This document shows positions 40,401 through 50,087 of a DNA stretch of 64,000 nucleotides, piece by piece. Under the pieces are notes generated by a model. That model searched no databases and had not been told where the DNA came from. It saw only the letters and a program-made list of their open reading frames with translations. Location of the stretch: contig CM082590.2 in assembly GCA_040954595.2 (NCBI GenBank), positions 9,239,764 through 9,303,763 on the forward strand. The letters are read 5' to 3'. Both the position numbers and the translations under genes were made by a program. Every line of letters begins with the position of its first letter. The stretch's first letter is position 1. This stretch comes from Balanoglossus misakiensis. Its lineage: Eukaryota > Animalia > Hemichordata.

Positions 40401-43400
40401 TAGTAGCTAAATGTAGCATTTGATTGGGTCAGTATATACATTATAAGGTCAATTTGGCTCCTGAACTCTTGCGATAATTCGCGAGAAAGGTTGAAACGCC
40501 AAAAGCCTAACCTTCAAAAGTTTTTTAAAAAGAAACCTGATTGTGACGCGGTCACGTCAAATCCTATCTGGTCGGTCACGACAACGCTGAATTGATCTGC
40601 CTATAGAATTGGTCCATCATGCGGCAACGTCTATGATAAGACCCGAGCAGCACAATGAATACCAATGAATACCAGCCCTGCACTTAACCACACAATGCAG
40701 CAAATCAGAGGGCTGCAGATTGAATCGGGCAACCGCCTTATGAATTTCAAAAGCCTTATCGCTCAGGCATCTACTGCCTGTGTACAATTCTAATTCCTCC
40801 CTCGACGTTCGGATACATCGGAAACGAACACGCTGATCTATACTTCATATAAATACATTTATTGCGCAGAGAATAAAAGCAAAAGACAGGAAATATTTCT
40901 TTTGATGTGCACACTGTTATATTCTGTAATGCTACGTTGCGTACCTCATTCATCAGATTTATGGATACACCCTTACAGTATGTCTTGAAAATGCCATTAA
41001 AGATCTTTCAGAGAATATCATTTTCATTTCACATATCAAATTTATCAATGTTGGAAATATCACAATTGGCTGCCAAACTCTGTTTCTGGCTCTAAAGGCA
41101 AAATCTAACTGCTTCCTTCTCTGCAAGCAAGATGACAAACATTTCGTTTGCGTCTGTTTCCTATAGATGGGCGAACGACTTTTTTTGGATGTGTGACTTT
41201 TCGCACTAAAATCCATAATTTGGTTTTCAGAGCCAGGAATGGAATCAAGATTGCTTTTTCACCCAATTCTACTTTGTCCCAAATCCTCTACAAACACTGA
41301 GAACATCATCTTCAAGTCATGCATGAAATGGAATTGTACTTTTCCCCTACTATCTTGACTTAGCCGATTTTACATGATTGTGGACTTAGACCAACCAAAC
41401 CGTGATACCTGAATGTTGATTTCTGTTCAGTGACTGGTCTTATCTGCAGCTATTCGCCTGCTAATTAATATTCATGAGACGAAATGACCTCACATGTAGT
41501 AACGTGTTAAAATTTATTCTATCCCAAGGCATACTGGATCCTCTACCTGAACTGGTAACAAAAATAGCAAAATACGAACCAGGATGTCATTTTTATCACG
41601 CCCACTCAAATGTCTCGAAAACACCTGATCATAGACGTATGTAAATGAAACTACCGCATTTATGTCCAAACACACAGCTGGGCCTAAACTAATAGATTAT
41701 ATCATTATAGGAACTTAAAAAGCAACATGGCTCTGAAGTAATGTGAGTATTTTTAAGGCAAGTCAACGTTTCGCCCCAATCCTATAAAATTTGAAATTGT
41801 TACTGTTGTAATTTATAAAACGTATCCTAATCATACTAACTCGAGACCTGAAGAACCATAAAAATTCTCTCTGAAGCCCTTCAGTGCCAGTCAATCATTT
41901 TGATAAATTGAACAAAATATAACTTCGATTTTACCACTTTTGAATCAAATTAAAGAGAAATTCCCTTTTGAGTGGATAAATTTCGCAAAAAAGTTGGATC
42001 AGTGTACGTTTCTTGTTTGTACGGTCACTGACGTCGGTTGAATTATTGAAAAGGCGAGCCGCGAGTTCCCGACGACGAAAAACACTATCAAAATTCCAAC
42101 AATCATGATAGCAACACTGACTCAAACCAACCACTTTAATTTGTGTTATTTACGATTTGAATCCATTACACAACACATGGTATTGCTCTCTTTTACTGAA
42201 AATAAAAACGTAAAAATTTATACGGTTATTTTATCTTCGTGACCAAAGCAGTGCATTGCCACATCCAATCATGAATCTGGTTTTACTTTTTCTTTGCCAT
42301 CAAACTCAAAATATTCCCAACACATTTCAACATCATCAACTAAAAACTTGACTATTTCAGAATGCTCTATGTACTACACTTTTCTTTTTGTAATATTCTT
42401 TTATCCATAGATTCGAAATTCTGCCAGTGGAAATTTTCTATGCGGAAAAAAACGCACAAAAAGATTCTCTTCCCATTTCCTGAAAGTAATACCTCCATGC
42501 ATGAAACACACTTCCTCAACATAAAATATTCCTTTTGTTTCGGAAGAAACACCCCAGGCAAACTGGCTTTGAAAAACAAAGCCTCAGACAATAATCTCTC
42601 GCGACTATAGAAATTCAAATTCCTGGAAATATGAAACACAATTGACGCTCTTTGTATTGCCAAATTTAATTTTGATGTTTGCTTTTCATGGAGAATCGGA
42701 AATGCAGCATTACGCTTTTTTTGAAATGCTGAATATTGGGTATGAATTATTGGATTTATCTGAATGTTTCTCTATTGAAACGGTGTACACTTTGAAATAG
42801 CTTTTTACTGCAAGCTAAGGGGTCAAATCACATCACTTCATTGTGGGTAAAACACTTGACAACTCATTGCAGTAAAGTGTATCAGCTGTACAAAGTTGAC
42901 TTTTGTCCTACAAGTCCTGTCTTTGCAGTCAAAATACAGCTTTTTCACTTTTATTCCAGTAAGAATTTCAGAATAACCTAAACTTTAACTAAGTCTCCCT
43001 TGTTACACATGACAGATATCCTCCATCTTGGATTTTTGTTAGAGACATTTTATAACTAGCCTAAGGAGCAAAAGCCTATTTAATGTCTTGAGCATTAACA
43101 AGCAATTTTCAGAACCAGGCTTCAGGAAGGGAGAATACCTCTAGGGATCTGGTCATTGACTATGACACACCATACATGACGTCTCTACTTGACATTAGTT
43201 TGATCAAACGTGCACAGAATTTTAGAAAAAAAATACACTTTGATAAATTCGAAGACTTGAACGAAATTAAGTCATGCATGTCTGAATAATTAATGATCAT
43301 AAAAAAATCACAACAAATTGGCCCCATGGCGGCTATAAATTTCAACTTTGAAAAATTCAGTCATTATGTTTCTTTATTAACGTATGGAAAAACCCTGACT

Positions 43401-46400
43401 GCTTCATCATGCAAAACCATACAGTAGCAAAACAAAGACTTCTCATTTTCAAATCATGGTAGATTGAATTATTAAACACCAGCACAAAACCGTACAAGTC
43501 AGTATGACACTTTGCTATGAAACTGCTGAAGATTTAATCCCTCTAGCAAGAATAACAGTCATTAAATATGAAATGAAAGATATGTCCCAAAAGTGGATGC
43601 CTCAAAAATATGATATACATGTATGCATGAGATCTTGTGTTCAGGGGACTCAGTTTGGACACATCATCATTATATCAATATGTATAGAATATTGCGGTTT
43701 TCGCCCCAAGGAAATCTGCGTGAATATTCATGAAAAAGCCGAGCAGAGTTTGCCTAATCAATTAATCATCAACAACCGACAGGAATTCATTTCTCAGGCA
43801 TGTACTTGCAGCTGCCTCACAGTAAACCCCAGTTTTTGATTAACTTGAAACCTTCTCTTCGAGCGACCGACTCGAATCAATTAAACGATGTCAATTCATA
43901 GAATCACCTCCAGTATAAATTTACGCCCCGAGTCAAACTACACGCTCCACACATCGCGGTGCGTAGTCGGTGCAACTTGGATCTTAGTCAACACAGACCG
44001 TCATAATTTGAAAAACTGAGTAAACTCCATAGATTGATTTCTGGTAATTAATTACACAGCCACTAAACATCAAGATTCCAAGGTTCTCAACAACAAGCAC
44101 TCACAAGTTTTATTCCTGATTTTACTGCATGCTAGCGGTGGTCAAATCACATTATAATACTTGTATTGAAGGTAGTTTTTCAATATTTTTCCAAGTTTCC
44201 AATTCAGAAGCAATTCAAAGAGCTATACATGTACATCTCATACAAAATATACATCCACGGCATTTTCCTTCACGTACTACAAGTAGGAACATTTTCACAA
44301 TTTTACAAGTGCCGATACAAAATTTCGTGTTTCGCGCCGCGGGAACTCTTTTGTCAAAATGTTCCAGATCCAGTTTGATCCGGTTTCTTTTATCATCACT
44401 GTAGCAAATTCCTTATCAATATTTTACACTACTTCCTAATCACTCCCAGCTTCCAGTTCTGAAACCCTTATCACCACTTCGGGGCCTCACGGGTCAAAGG
44501 TCATACTCGGAAGATATTCGGTTTCCTCTGGCTACGACCCAACTTGTGTTCTTTCATAATTAGGGAAAATCCGCCGTCCTGTTCCGTCACATTTCGCGTT
44601 TTGTAATTCACAAGCGGATATATTGCAGTTATTTTGGATTAGAAGTCGAAAACGTTGCGAAACTTTCGACCGAGAGAGTTCTTTTCACGAATGAAATATT
44701 GGAATATCTGCCCCTGACAGCAAGAACTGAAATTGCCTGCAGAGACAATGTTTCCCCTCCGCCATTTTTTCACAGCTGATTGGGCAAAGCATCGATCGAT
44801 CATATTTCACATCTATCATGCAATCTACATGTTCTGTTTTACAAAACTGAACATCTGTACAATATGAAATTCTCTGCACGATATTTCTGCGTTGACTTTC
44901 ATAGAAACGAGTTCAAATATTTCCCCCAAACAGATATTTTAGCTCTCTCTCTATTGTCATTCACTTGCAAGACACACACAGAGTGTCCAATCAAAGCTCC
45001 AACGGGAAAAATTGCTTCGAAAAATCACCAAATATTGAGGTGGGTGGGGCATGAACATAAAACTGATATGAAATATGGAATTTGACATTTGAGAGACAAT
45101 GGAACGCAAATATTGACTCAACGATTGTCAGTCTTACGCACACTTTTTGAGCAAAATTACGAATTGATGTCCAAACATTGGTAATGACCACAAGGAAATA
45201 AATTGATCTTTTGGCACCTCTAACTCACAAAAAAGAAATGAATCCAGCATGAATTCTGACATGAATGCTGTGTAGACAGTCACAGGGAAGTGTTGTATCT
45301 CTCCCCTAGAAACAAACGCTGATACCAGCGAGCATGTCGGCCATTTTAAGTTGGTTTCTGGTTTGAAAATTAAGTGAAGTGCTTCCAGGCAAAATGATAA
45401 AAGAAGAAGTTGTTCAATAAATTCATTTGCCGAAAGAACCAAACTAGTCATGCAACTCAGTTTTCATTTTACAGAGTTTGAAATTAGATCAGTAGTGATC
45501 TTGCAGACTTTATAGGGTTCGATAAATTGGTATAAATTCATTTTCCAGCAGAAGTCAAGACTGAGTAGCTCGTCACTAAATCACAAACACCCTATATGAA
45601 TTGCATGTCGTTAAAGTATAAATAAAGAAACTACCGCAGTATATTTTGATTTCAGCCTGCAGTGAAATCGTCAAGGAGATCATCGCTTGCGTGACAACCG
45701 TTAAGTGCACAGGGCGTATTATTTTTAATTAGATTTCGACATCGGTAACTCGTTCATTGAAACCACTGTGAGTTCAGTGAGCTTTTTCACTTCTATATGT
45801 TCGCCGGATTATTTTTTTCTCGAGTTTCGGTTAAACGTAACTTTTATTTGACAGAAACTCGTGACAAGACCAATCGGGGATTTGAAACCTTGATGAAATG
45901 CAGATGGGAAGTGTTGGCGGCTAAAAATACCCCGGCACACTTAGACGCCAGGCTTGGCGTGAACTTCCTGGCTGAGAACACAACGACAATGCGTCGCAGC
46001 AAGAATGTAGGATTTTACTTCCTGGGGGTGGTGTTAGGAAGAAGGCCACAGAAATATACACTTGCAAAAGGGTGTGGATATACAAAAAGGCAGATAATTA
46101 TCACAGAAAAAACACGAAGCAGCAACAAAGATAGGATACTATCACTGAAGCGAAATCTTTTTTCTCAGGATGTGAAAATTTGATACAAGTATTGAAGCAT
46201 CTGCCTGGTGTACATTAGTTCAGCTATTCTTCCCAATTTTGTAATTATGCAAACTTAAGGGAAATATTAGCTAAATTGACAGCGAAAGCAAACATCACTA
46301 GAATACATTTCGTGAAGATGTCAGTCACTCGATAAAAAGCGATTTAAAAATGCATTGAAATGGACACATGCCGTGTATGTTTCAGATTTCACTATCATTC

Positions 46401-49400
46401 ACAAGAAACGCGGTGAAATGCGAAAATAAATTGGCAGGGTATCAAACAAATAGTCTAATTACAAGGACGTGTTCAAAAGTGGCTATAAAACTTTATACTG
46501 GTATTGCTTTGGAATATTTCAATGACTAACTCGTTTTTATTGGATAAAGTAAAGTTAATTTGCAACTCAGGCGATTTTTATGCATAGGAACAATTCTGAG
46601 TAAACCATCATCTCGCTGCAACAATATATACACGTTTGGAATTAACAGTTTTCGAGGAGACGTCGATTGAGTTTGCGTTTCGTTGTGAATGCCCCGGAGC
46701 GCAAATTTGCCGAAATTCTGTGCAATTATTTAGACAGATGCAGTTTAAACTAATATGGCAACTCGGTAATCTGATTTGGCGATGTTTCTGTCGAATGACG
46801 CGGACTAATGTTTGAACAAGGAAACGGAATAAAACAGGGGGCTCAAAAACCAACCCTGGTACAATCAAAGTGCTCCAAAATATAGACAGATTATATTTGT
46901 TATCTTAAAAGCATGCATTTATAGTGCATTTAGTCCATTTAAAGCATAGTTGATCAATGAATCAGAAAGCTTAGAGCGCAGACTGCGAGAACAAAACTAT
47001 CACAAACTGATCACAAATACACCTTATCCACACATTAGAATTTATTTGCTTTTAGTTTTAGAACTATATATTACGTTTCTTGATTTAATCTTAATTTTTT
47101 ATTTTAACTTCTCAGGTTTATTTTTCAACGATAAAAGCTTAGATTTGCACTGATGTTACGATAACTGTTAGAATTTTCATCTGAAAAGAAACTGAGAATT
47201 TTTTTACAGATCTAAGGGACACTATTCGTGTACGTGGTCTGTCCCAGAACATTCTGGCCCCTCTAAGCGGCCCCATTCTGGCAGGATGTATTACAGTGTA
47301 TATAGTAACTTGGACACACACTGACTGTAATGGCTTGATACCACACAATATAAAGCTGTCACTTCCATACAGTTGCTGATTAACTCCAATCTACACGCCC
47401 TTGGATTTGCTACACTTTGTCGGAAAAATCGAAATCCACATTCTGATCGTAAAACGTAAATTTTTCACAAACTTTTCAGGAATTTTGGATCACATCGCTG
47501 GTACTTAACTTGGTTATGTCTTTGCAGTGTGCACTTTCTAAAAATTTTCTGTTTTTCTGCCAATTTTTGGAGGAAAAAATTTTCAGGGCAGTGAACCTCT
47601 GAAAAGAGCATCAAGACAATACGAGGAAATCCAATACACTTACCCCACTTCTGAGCAAGTAGTATTCCAGCGAACGCCCAGCCTCCAGCCATACTCCCTT
47701 CTTCGGATCTTCATCAGCAAGAAAGAGGCCATATTGGTTGGCTGGAGAAGAAGAGAAAAAAAAATCACAGGTTTTCTGTGAATATTGGAGGACGACTGAA
47801 ATACGTGCAGCTGCAAGTATGGAGTAATGCGTAGATGTGATCACACTGCTCTTAAACAGTCCCTGCCATTTATGTCCCGGCCTCAATTTCGTCTCATAAA
47901 TATTCATGCTCATGAATATTTATGAGACGAAATTTGCGTACAGACTATGACATCATTTCCACTGTGTCACTGGATTCCCTGGCTGCGCAGGAAATTCTCA
48001 TCCATCATTCACCAGCCCGGATTTAAAAATATCCAGCCAATCACAAGGAAGTAACCTACAGGACACTCGCATACCGAAATATCATGAAACTGTCACAGAG
48101 ACTAATTTTCCATTCAGAAACATGACAGTTTTTCCTGCAATGTGTGATAAATTCTGAAGGGAAATACATTACTACAGATATAAGATTTATCTTAATTTTG
48201 CACTTAGCTATCTGTCAAGGACGAGCCAAAATAGCGTAAATATTACAACAACTAAAACATTTCAAGGAAATGTTTCTTATTAAAATAGTATAAATTGAAT
48301 AATATAATACCAAAGTATTAAGACTTTCTTATCTAGAAATCGAAACACATGCACTAAGCGTAAAAAGGTTATCAGTTTAATTTTATCAGGAATTTTCAAA
48401 TTCAGATAGTGATAAAATTTCATCGATAATACTGGAATATACATGAAAATGGATTCACTTAGGAATTCAGGGCGGGATATGTTATCACTGCAGGTAATAG
48501 CTTCCTATACGGACAGCAATTTCGTAGTTGGCCACCTGATATAGAACGATCAGTATAATCAGAATCTCCAGTATAATTTTAACAAAAAATATTTTCCAAT
48601 TTTGGATACAATAGGCAAAAATGCATCACTAACTTTTCCTTGAAATCTATTCTTTTTGCTAGTAGGCAGTTAAATTTCGTATGCAGTCATATTAATAGGT
48701 AGCTGACACGTAACCAGGATTCTAAAATCATTTACGAATGTTTCTTTATCTTAGCTAAAAACACAGTAGAAATTTTCACAGCAACTCATTTATATATTGA
48801 GCAAGTGATAGTAAAGTCATTTTTTATATTTCAAACACTCACTATCTCTATCGTAGTACGATTCCATTTCCTATGGGCATTTTAATATACCAGGATGACA
48901 TTACCTAACAGTAAAAGCAAATTTCTCGATTCACAAATAGACATACATTACAATAAGAAAGCGCTGAAGGGAAGTATTGATTGCCTTAAAACTCTATGAT
49001 AATAAATCATAAATTAAGCTAAAGGCTTAATTTCTAATGATTATAGCAGAGACAAAAGAAAATTGTATATTGATTTTTGTCACAGTACACTTTGTTGCTC
49101 ACGAGCATTTCAAGCTTGTAAGATCTTCTATGGTTTCATGCAGTTAAGTTGATAACGTAAATGTAACAATAAGATATCTTATCAATGAGATTCATATTGC
49201 TGCTTTTATGGAGACCACTTCCTCGTTCTAAACATTTTCTATTTAAATCAGCCTCTTATTGAGGTTTCCTAGAATTTCTCATTATCATTTGAATGAAATG
49301 AATTACATTCTTCATTCTGGTATTTTATGATTTAACCCTTCCACCCCCAGTTCCTTCTACAGAGGCCCAACTTTACCATAGTAAACAATGGATTTGGACT

Positions 49401-49867
49401 GAACCATGATGGTGAAAGGGTTAAAGGGACAAGGTCTCTCTCTCACTGCCCTTTTTCCATAAATTATTTTTGATACAAGACACTGTTTGTGTTCATGTCG
49501 TGAATGAACGTTCAATCACACACAGTTTCCATCCCACTTGTATGATATGAGAGTAAAAACTCGCCCAGAATAAATAAATGGTAGAGACTGATTATTCATT
49601 TTTGGCAGGTTTTTTCATTCTCGTGTCTATAAGCGGGATGGACGATGTATGTTGTTGGAAAAAGGGCAGTGAGAGAGAGACTTTGTCCCTTTAAACTTTG
49701 AAAGAGATCATATTTCGAAAGGGGTACTCACGTTCTCCTTGGTTTGCTTCCTTGATGCGCTCTCGTATAATTCTGCAGGCATCGTAAACAATGGTGGAGG
49801 GTTCAAAGGGCATCGTCTTGGTGATGTCCGCTCCCACCACGCTGATCTTCAACGACAGAGCCGCCAT
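2773..49867 (-). CDS. TLN: Talin, 5' half of gene (28 coding exons, 1245 aa in window; continues beyond left edge)
   Basis: Spliced translation begins MAALSLKISVVGADITKTMPFEPSTIVYDACRIIRERI and contains the talin hallmarks YSDQNVDSRDPVQLNLLYVQ, KTYGITFFLVKEKMKGKNKLVPRLLGI, RRWAASPKSFTLDFGDY, LIAGYIDIILKK and Ala-rich rod helices. All introns are GT-AG with compatible phases. Confidence 0.98.
3190..3501 (-). CDS. TLN: Talin coding exon 27 (R5), 312 nt
   Basis: IDGSAMELGATSKTVGSSMAQLLTAAAQGNENYTGIAARDTA...NPNDPVNQQRLAQ. Confidence 0.97.
3543..3703. mobile_element. TTAA-flanked MITE (Kolobok-like), single copy here
   Basis: TIRs TTAAAGGTATACGGTCACC / GGTGACCGTGTGCCTTTAA. Confidence 0.7.
3754..3882 (-). 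CDS. TLN: Talin coding exon 26 (R4/R5), 129 nt
   Basis: AQEACGLLEIDSALDTIRTLDNELGEIQKSSKEGKLLPLPGET. Confidence 0.95.
4034..4125 (+). mobile_element. MITE family A copy
   Basis: CACCATGGTTTGGTCCAAA...GTTGGACCTCTATACAGGG...GAAAGGGTTAA. Confidence 0.8.
4134..4382 (-). CDS. TLN: Talin coding exon 25 (R4), 249 nt
   Basis: NVADHIPRLIHGVRDSAANPD...LGNCAKQMAAALTELRAAAGK. Confidence 0.96.
4867..4980 (-). CDS. TLN: Talin coding exon 24 (R4), 114 nt
   Basis: NAAKQAAAIATQTIAAAQGAGHSNRNEVSQQQLVSECK. Confidence 0.95.
5130..5362 (+). mobile_element. MITE family C (TTAA TSD, Kolobok-like)
   Basis: TTAAAGGGAAGGGGTCGTCGCG...CGCGACGACCCCTTCACTTTAA; second copy inverted at 52519. Confidence 0.85.
5452..5580 (-). 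CDS. TLN: Talin coding exon 23 (R3/R4), 129 nt
   Basis: ACASNPNDPAQQQRLREAAEDLRAAADAAASNALQKKLIGRLE. Confidence 0.95.
5630..5882. repeat. Tandem duplication, ~123-bp unit x2
   Basis: AAGCCAACAGACCARGACAAGATTT and GTCAATAATGTATATTGTG...GACCAGGGCAATAATGTTTATGCA each occur twice. Confidence 0.85.
5935..6066 (-). CDS. TLN: Talin coding exon 22 (R3), 132 nt
   Basis: ATSQLVNGIKGEAEGAEDSELQKKLLGAAKMVADATARMVEAAK. Confidence 0.96.
6406..6639 (-). CDS. TLN: Talin coding exon 21 (R2/R3), 234 nt
   Basis: NACEDEDLLKGVGEAATAVTKALNDLLQHV...YDAACDTILTATDKLFSSMGDAAEMVKQAKILAQ. Confidence 0.96.
6816..7049. mobile_element. MITE family D (TA TSD, CAGTCRAACC termini, Tc1/mariner-like)
   Basis: CAGTCGAACCTGT...ACAGGTTCGACTGTA; relatives at 33281, 50088, 51145 and 61541. 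Confidence 0.8.
7071..7172 (-). CDS. TLN: Talin coding exon 20 (R2), 102 nt
   Basis: VVAPTISSPACQEQLVEAAKLVARSVEGVVDSSQ. Confidence 0.95.
7430..7597 (-). CDS. TLN: Talin coding exon 19 (R2), 168 nt
   Basis: DTLMALAKAVANATAALVLKAKNVASKTEDQQAQNRVIQTATSCALNTSQLVACTK. Confidence 0.96.
7871..7969 (-). CDS. TLN: Talin coding exon 18 (R1/R2), 99 nt
   Basis: PRQNLLTAANSIGTYSADVQHTMGDFEGDPRFQ. Confidence 0.93.
8092..8184 (+). mobile_element. MITE family A copy, TTAA on both sides
   Basis: TTAACCCTTTCACC...GTGAAAAGGTTAA. Confidence 0.85.
8947..9106 (-). CDS. TLN: Talin coding exon 17 (R1), 160 nt
   Basis: (I)SSNLPELAKSVKLLSALLEDDKDGHGEKLLDATRKLAGAFSDLLKAAQPGSKE. Confidence 0.95.
10330..10490 (-). 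CDS. TLN: Talin coding exon 16 (R1), 161 nt
   Basis: ASLKWKQDTLDVSRQNIQSQLGAMSAATAGIVTLTSGDPDDTNYTAVGSAVTT. Confidence 0.95.
10585..10818. repeat. Degenerate ~30-40-bp tandem repeat with CCAATCA core
   Basis: Recurrent CCAATCA..TGA..GGAATTCAAAT units. Confidence 0.55.
10827..10967 (-). CDS. TLN: Talin coding exon 15 (linker/R1), 141 nt
   Basis: ASTPKQPGLSTAQQALMGNITVAITEVDRTRSDLEKPAELPPLGTDP. Confidence 0.93.
11689..11815. repeat. (CTGT)n/(TATG)n microsatellite
   Basis: Direct reading. Confidence 0.95.
11922..12010 (-). CDS. TLN: Talin coding exon 14 (linker), 89 nt
   Basis: (S)AASYSTGTMQPPQYGSMKGQAHSAHTAPM; restores phase between exons 13 and 15; donor GTAAGG. Confidence 0.88.
12028..12214. 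repeat. (CAT)n/(CAC)n microsatellite
   Basis: Direct reading; source of the poly-Met and poly-Ser ORFs. Confidence 0.95.
12320..12485 (-). CDS. TLN: Talin coding exon 13 (head-rod linker), 166 nt
   Basis: KKGHDRYGLEGDDDAMLLEDNVSPARATIMQHQTNKIGHASTGSVALPAIMRAGG; donor GTACGT (exact donor less certain). Confidence 0.9.
13545..13712 (-). CDS. TLN: Talin coding exon 12 (F3, integrin NPxY-binding site), 168 nt
   Basis: ILKTWPLTCVRRWAASPKSFTLDFGDYSESYYSVQTTEGEQISALIAGYIDIILKK. Confidence 0.97.
15830..16445. repeat. Minisatellite, ~4 units of ~135-165 bp
   Basis: Repeated GGGCAGGATCAGACAGACATGTACCATCTGACATTCTGAGTGTACAC...TTTCATCTGGAC. Confidence 0.9.
16452..16541 (-). CDS. TLN: Talin coding exon 11 (F3), 90 nt
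   Basis: EKMKGKNKLVPRLLGINKESIVRVDERTKE. Confidence 0.96.
20307..20452. mobile_element. MITE family B, truncated copy
   Basis: Ends in GGAAAAAGGGCAGCGAGAGAGAGACTTTGTCCCTTTAA; interior matches the reverse complement of 49460-49550. Confidence 0.75.
21073..21303. repeat. (CT)n/(CA)n compound microsatellite
   Basis: Direct reading. Confidence 0.95.
21348..21452 (-). CDS. TLN: Talin coding exon 10 (F2/F3), 105 nt
   Basis: EHRKLKGVNELDAKVRYTQLCRSLKTYGITFFLVK. Confidence 0.96.
21708..21771 (-). CDS. TLN: Talin coding exon 9 (F2), 64 nt
   Basis: (D)LKLVLPKEYVKTKGVEKRIFA; TAG / GTGAGT. Confidence 0.95.
22151..22278 (-). CDS. TLN: Talin coding exon 8 (F2), 128 nt
   Basis: CRDNILNGTHPCSLDEACQLAGTQCQIQYGEHIESKHKPGFL; TAG / GTAAGT. 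Confidence 0.96.
22431..22704. repeat. (CAT)n followed by CT-rich microsatellite
   Basis: Direct reading. Confidence 0.95.
22757..22899 (-). CDS. TLN: Talin coding exon 7 (F1/F2), 143 nt
   Basis: LNWLDHTRTLREQGVEEGETLIFRRKYFYSDQNVDSRDPVQLNLLYVQ. Confidence 0.97.
26021..26102 (-). CDS. TLN: Talin coding exon 6 (F1 loop), 82 nt
   Basis: EKAGLLTLQKDEKKMEELRKKLHTDDE; CAG / GTAAGT. Confidence 0.93.
26360..26445 (-). CDS. TLN: Talin coding exon 5 (F1/F1 loop), 86 nt
   Basis: (G)VTNHEEYSLCKELEMSKDGTINRATLRK; TTTTTCAG / GTAAGA. Confidence 0.94.
28217..28391. mobile_element. TA-flanked Tc1/mariner-like MITE
   Basis: TACAGTAAAACCTGTCTAAAC / GTTTAGACAGGTTTTGCGGTA. Confidence 0.7.
30975..31123. repeat. 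(TACG)/(GATG)/(GAAC) compound microsatellite
   Basis: Direct reading. Confidence 0.85.
31909..31963 (-). CDS. TLN: Talin coding exon 4 (F1), 55 nt
   Basis: IDDSHIVSQIVITICARL(G); TTTGTTTTACAG acceptor, GTAAGT donor. Confidence 0.94.
33281..33361. mobile_element. MITE family D fragment
   Basis: TGACTGGCCACTATAGACAGGTTTGACTGTA end. Confidence 0.75.
34818..35021. mobile_element. TA-flanked MITE family E
   Basis: TACTGTAAAACGGGTTATTTTCG / CGAAAATAACCCGTTTTACAGTA; related end at ~15485-15567. Confidence 0.8.
35311..35480. repeat. (TACA)n/(CAGA)n microsatellite
   Basis: Direct reading. Confidence 0.9.
37193..37284 (+). mobile_element. MITE family A copy
   Basis: TTAACCATTTCATCACCATGG...GGGGTGAAAGGGTCAA. 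Confidence 0.8.
38523..38601 (+). mobile_element. MITE family A copy (internal deletion)
   Basis: AACCTTTTCACCACCATGGTTTGGTCC...GGGGTGAAAGGGTTAA. Confidence 0.8.
39723..39797 (-). CDS. TLN: Talin coding exon 3 (F0/F1), 75 nt
   Basis: DLLEYKKKMRPLRAKMLDGAIKTVM; CAG acceptor, GTAAGT donor; this frame is not in the ORF track. Confidence 0.95.
47644..47741 (-). CDS. TLN: Talin coding exon 2 (F0), 98 nt
   Basis: PNQYGLFLADEDPKKGVWLEAGRSLEYYLLRSG; TCTTCTCCAG acceptor, GTAAGT donor. Confidence 0.96.
49332..49424 (-). mobile_element. MITE family A copy, reverse orientation
   Basis: TTAACCCTTCCACCCCCAG...GGTGAAAGGGTTAA. Confidence 0.85.
49421..49694. mobile_element. MITE family B (TTAA TSD, AGGG termini, Kolobok-like), full copy
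   Basis: ~38-bp TIRs TTAAAGGGACAAGGTCTCTCTCTCACTGCCCTTTTTCC / GGAAAAAGGGCAGTGAGAGAGAGACTTTGTCCCTTTAA. Confidence 0.85.
49732..49867 (-). CDS. TLN: Talin coding exon 1 (F0); exon extends to 49967 as 5'UTR
   Basis: ATG at 49867 in CAAGATGGCG; MAALSLKISVVGADITKTMPFEPSTIVYDACRIIRERIKEANQGE; donor GTGAGT; upstream acceptor TTCTTGTTCTTGCAG at 49968. Confidence 0.96.
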
Positions 49868-50087
49868 CTTGGATGATCTTTGTCTCGACGACTTTTATCG
49901 GTGCAAAGTTGTGTGAGCCGTGAAATGGTTTCTTGGAAGTTGTGGAATTAAAATAAAATGTGAGAATCTGCAAGAACAAGAAAGTAGAATTGTCAGTTTT
50001 ACTTTACTACAAACATTTGACAGTTGAACACTGAGGATAGGAAATCTGTTGGTTACTTGTTAGTATATTTCTAGGACCAGGTCAAAG

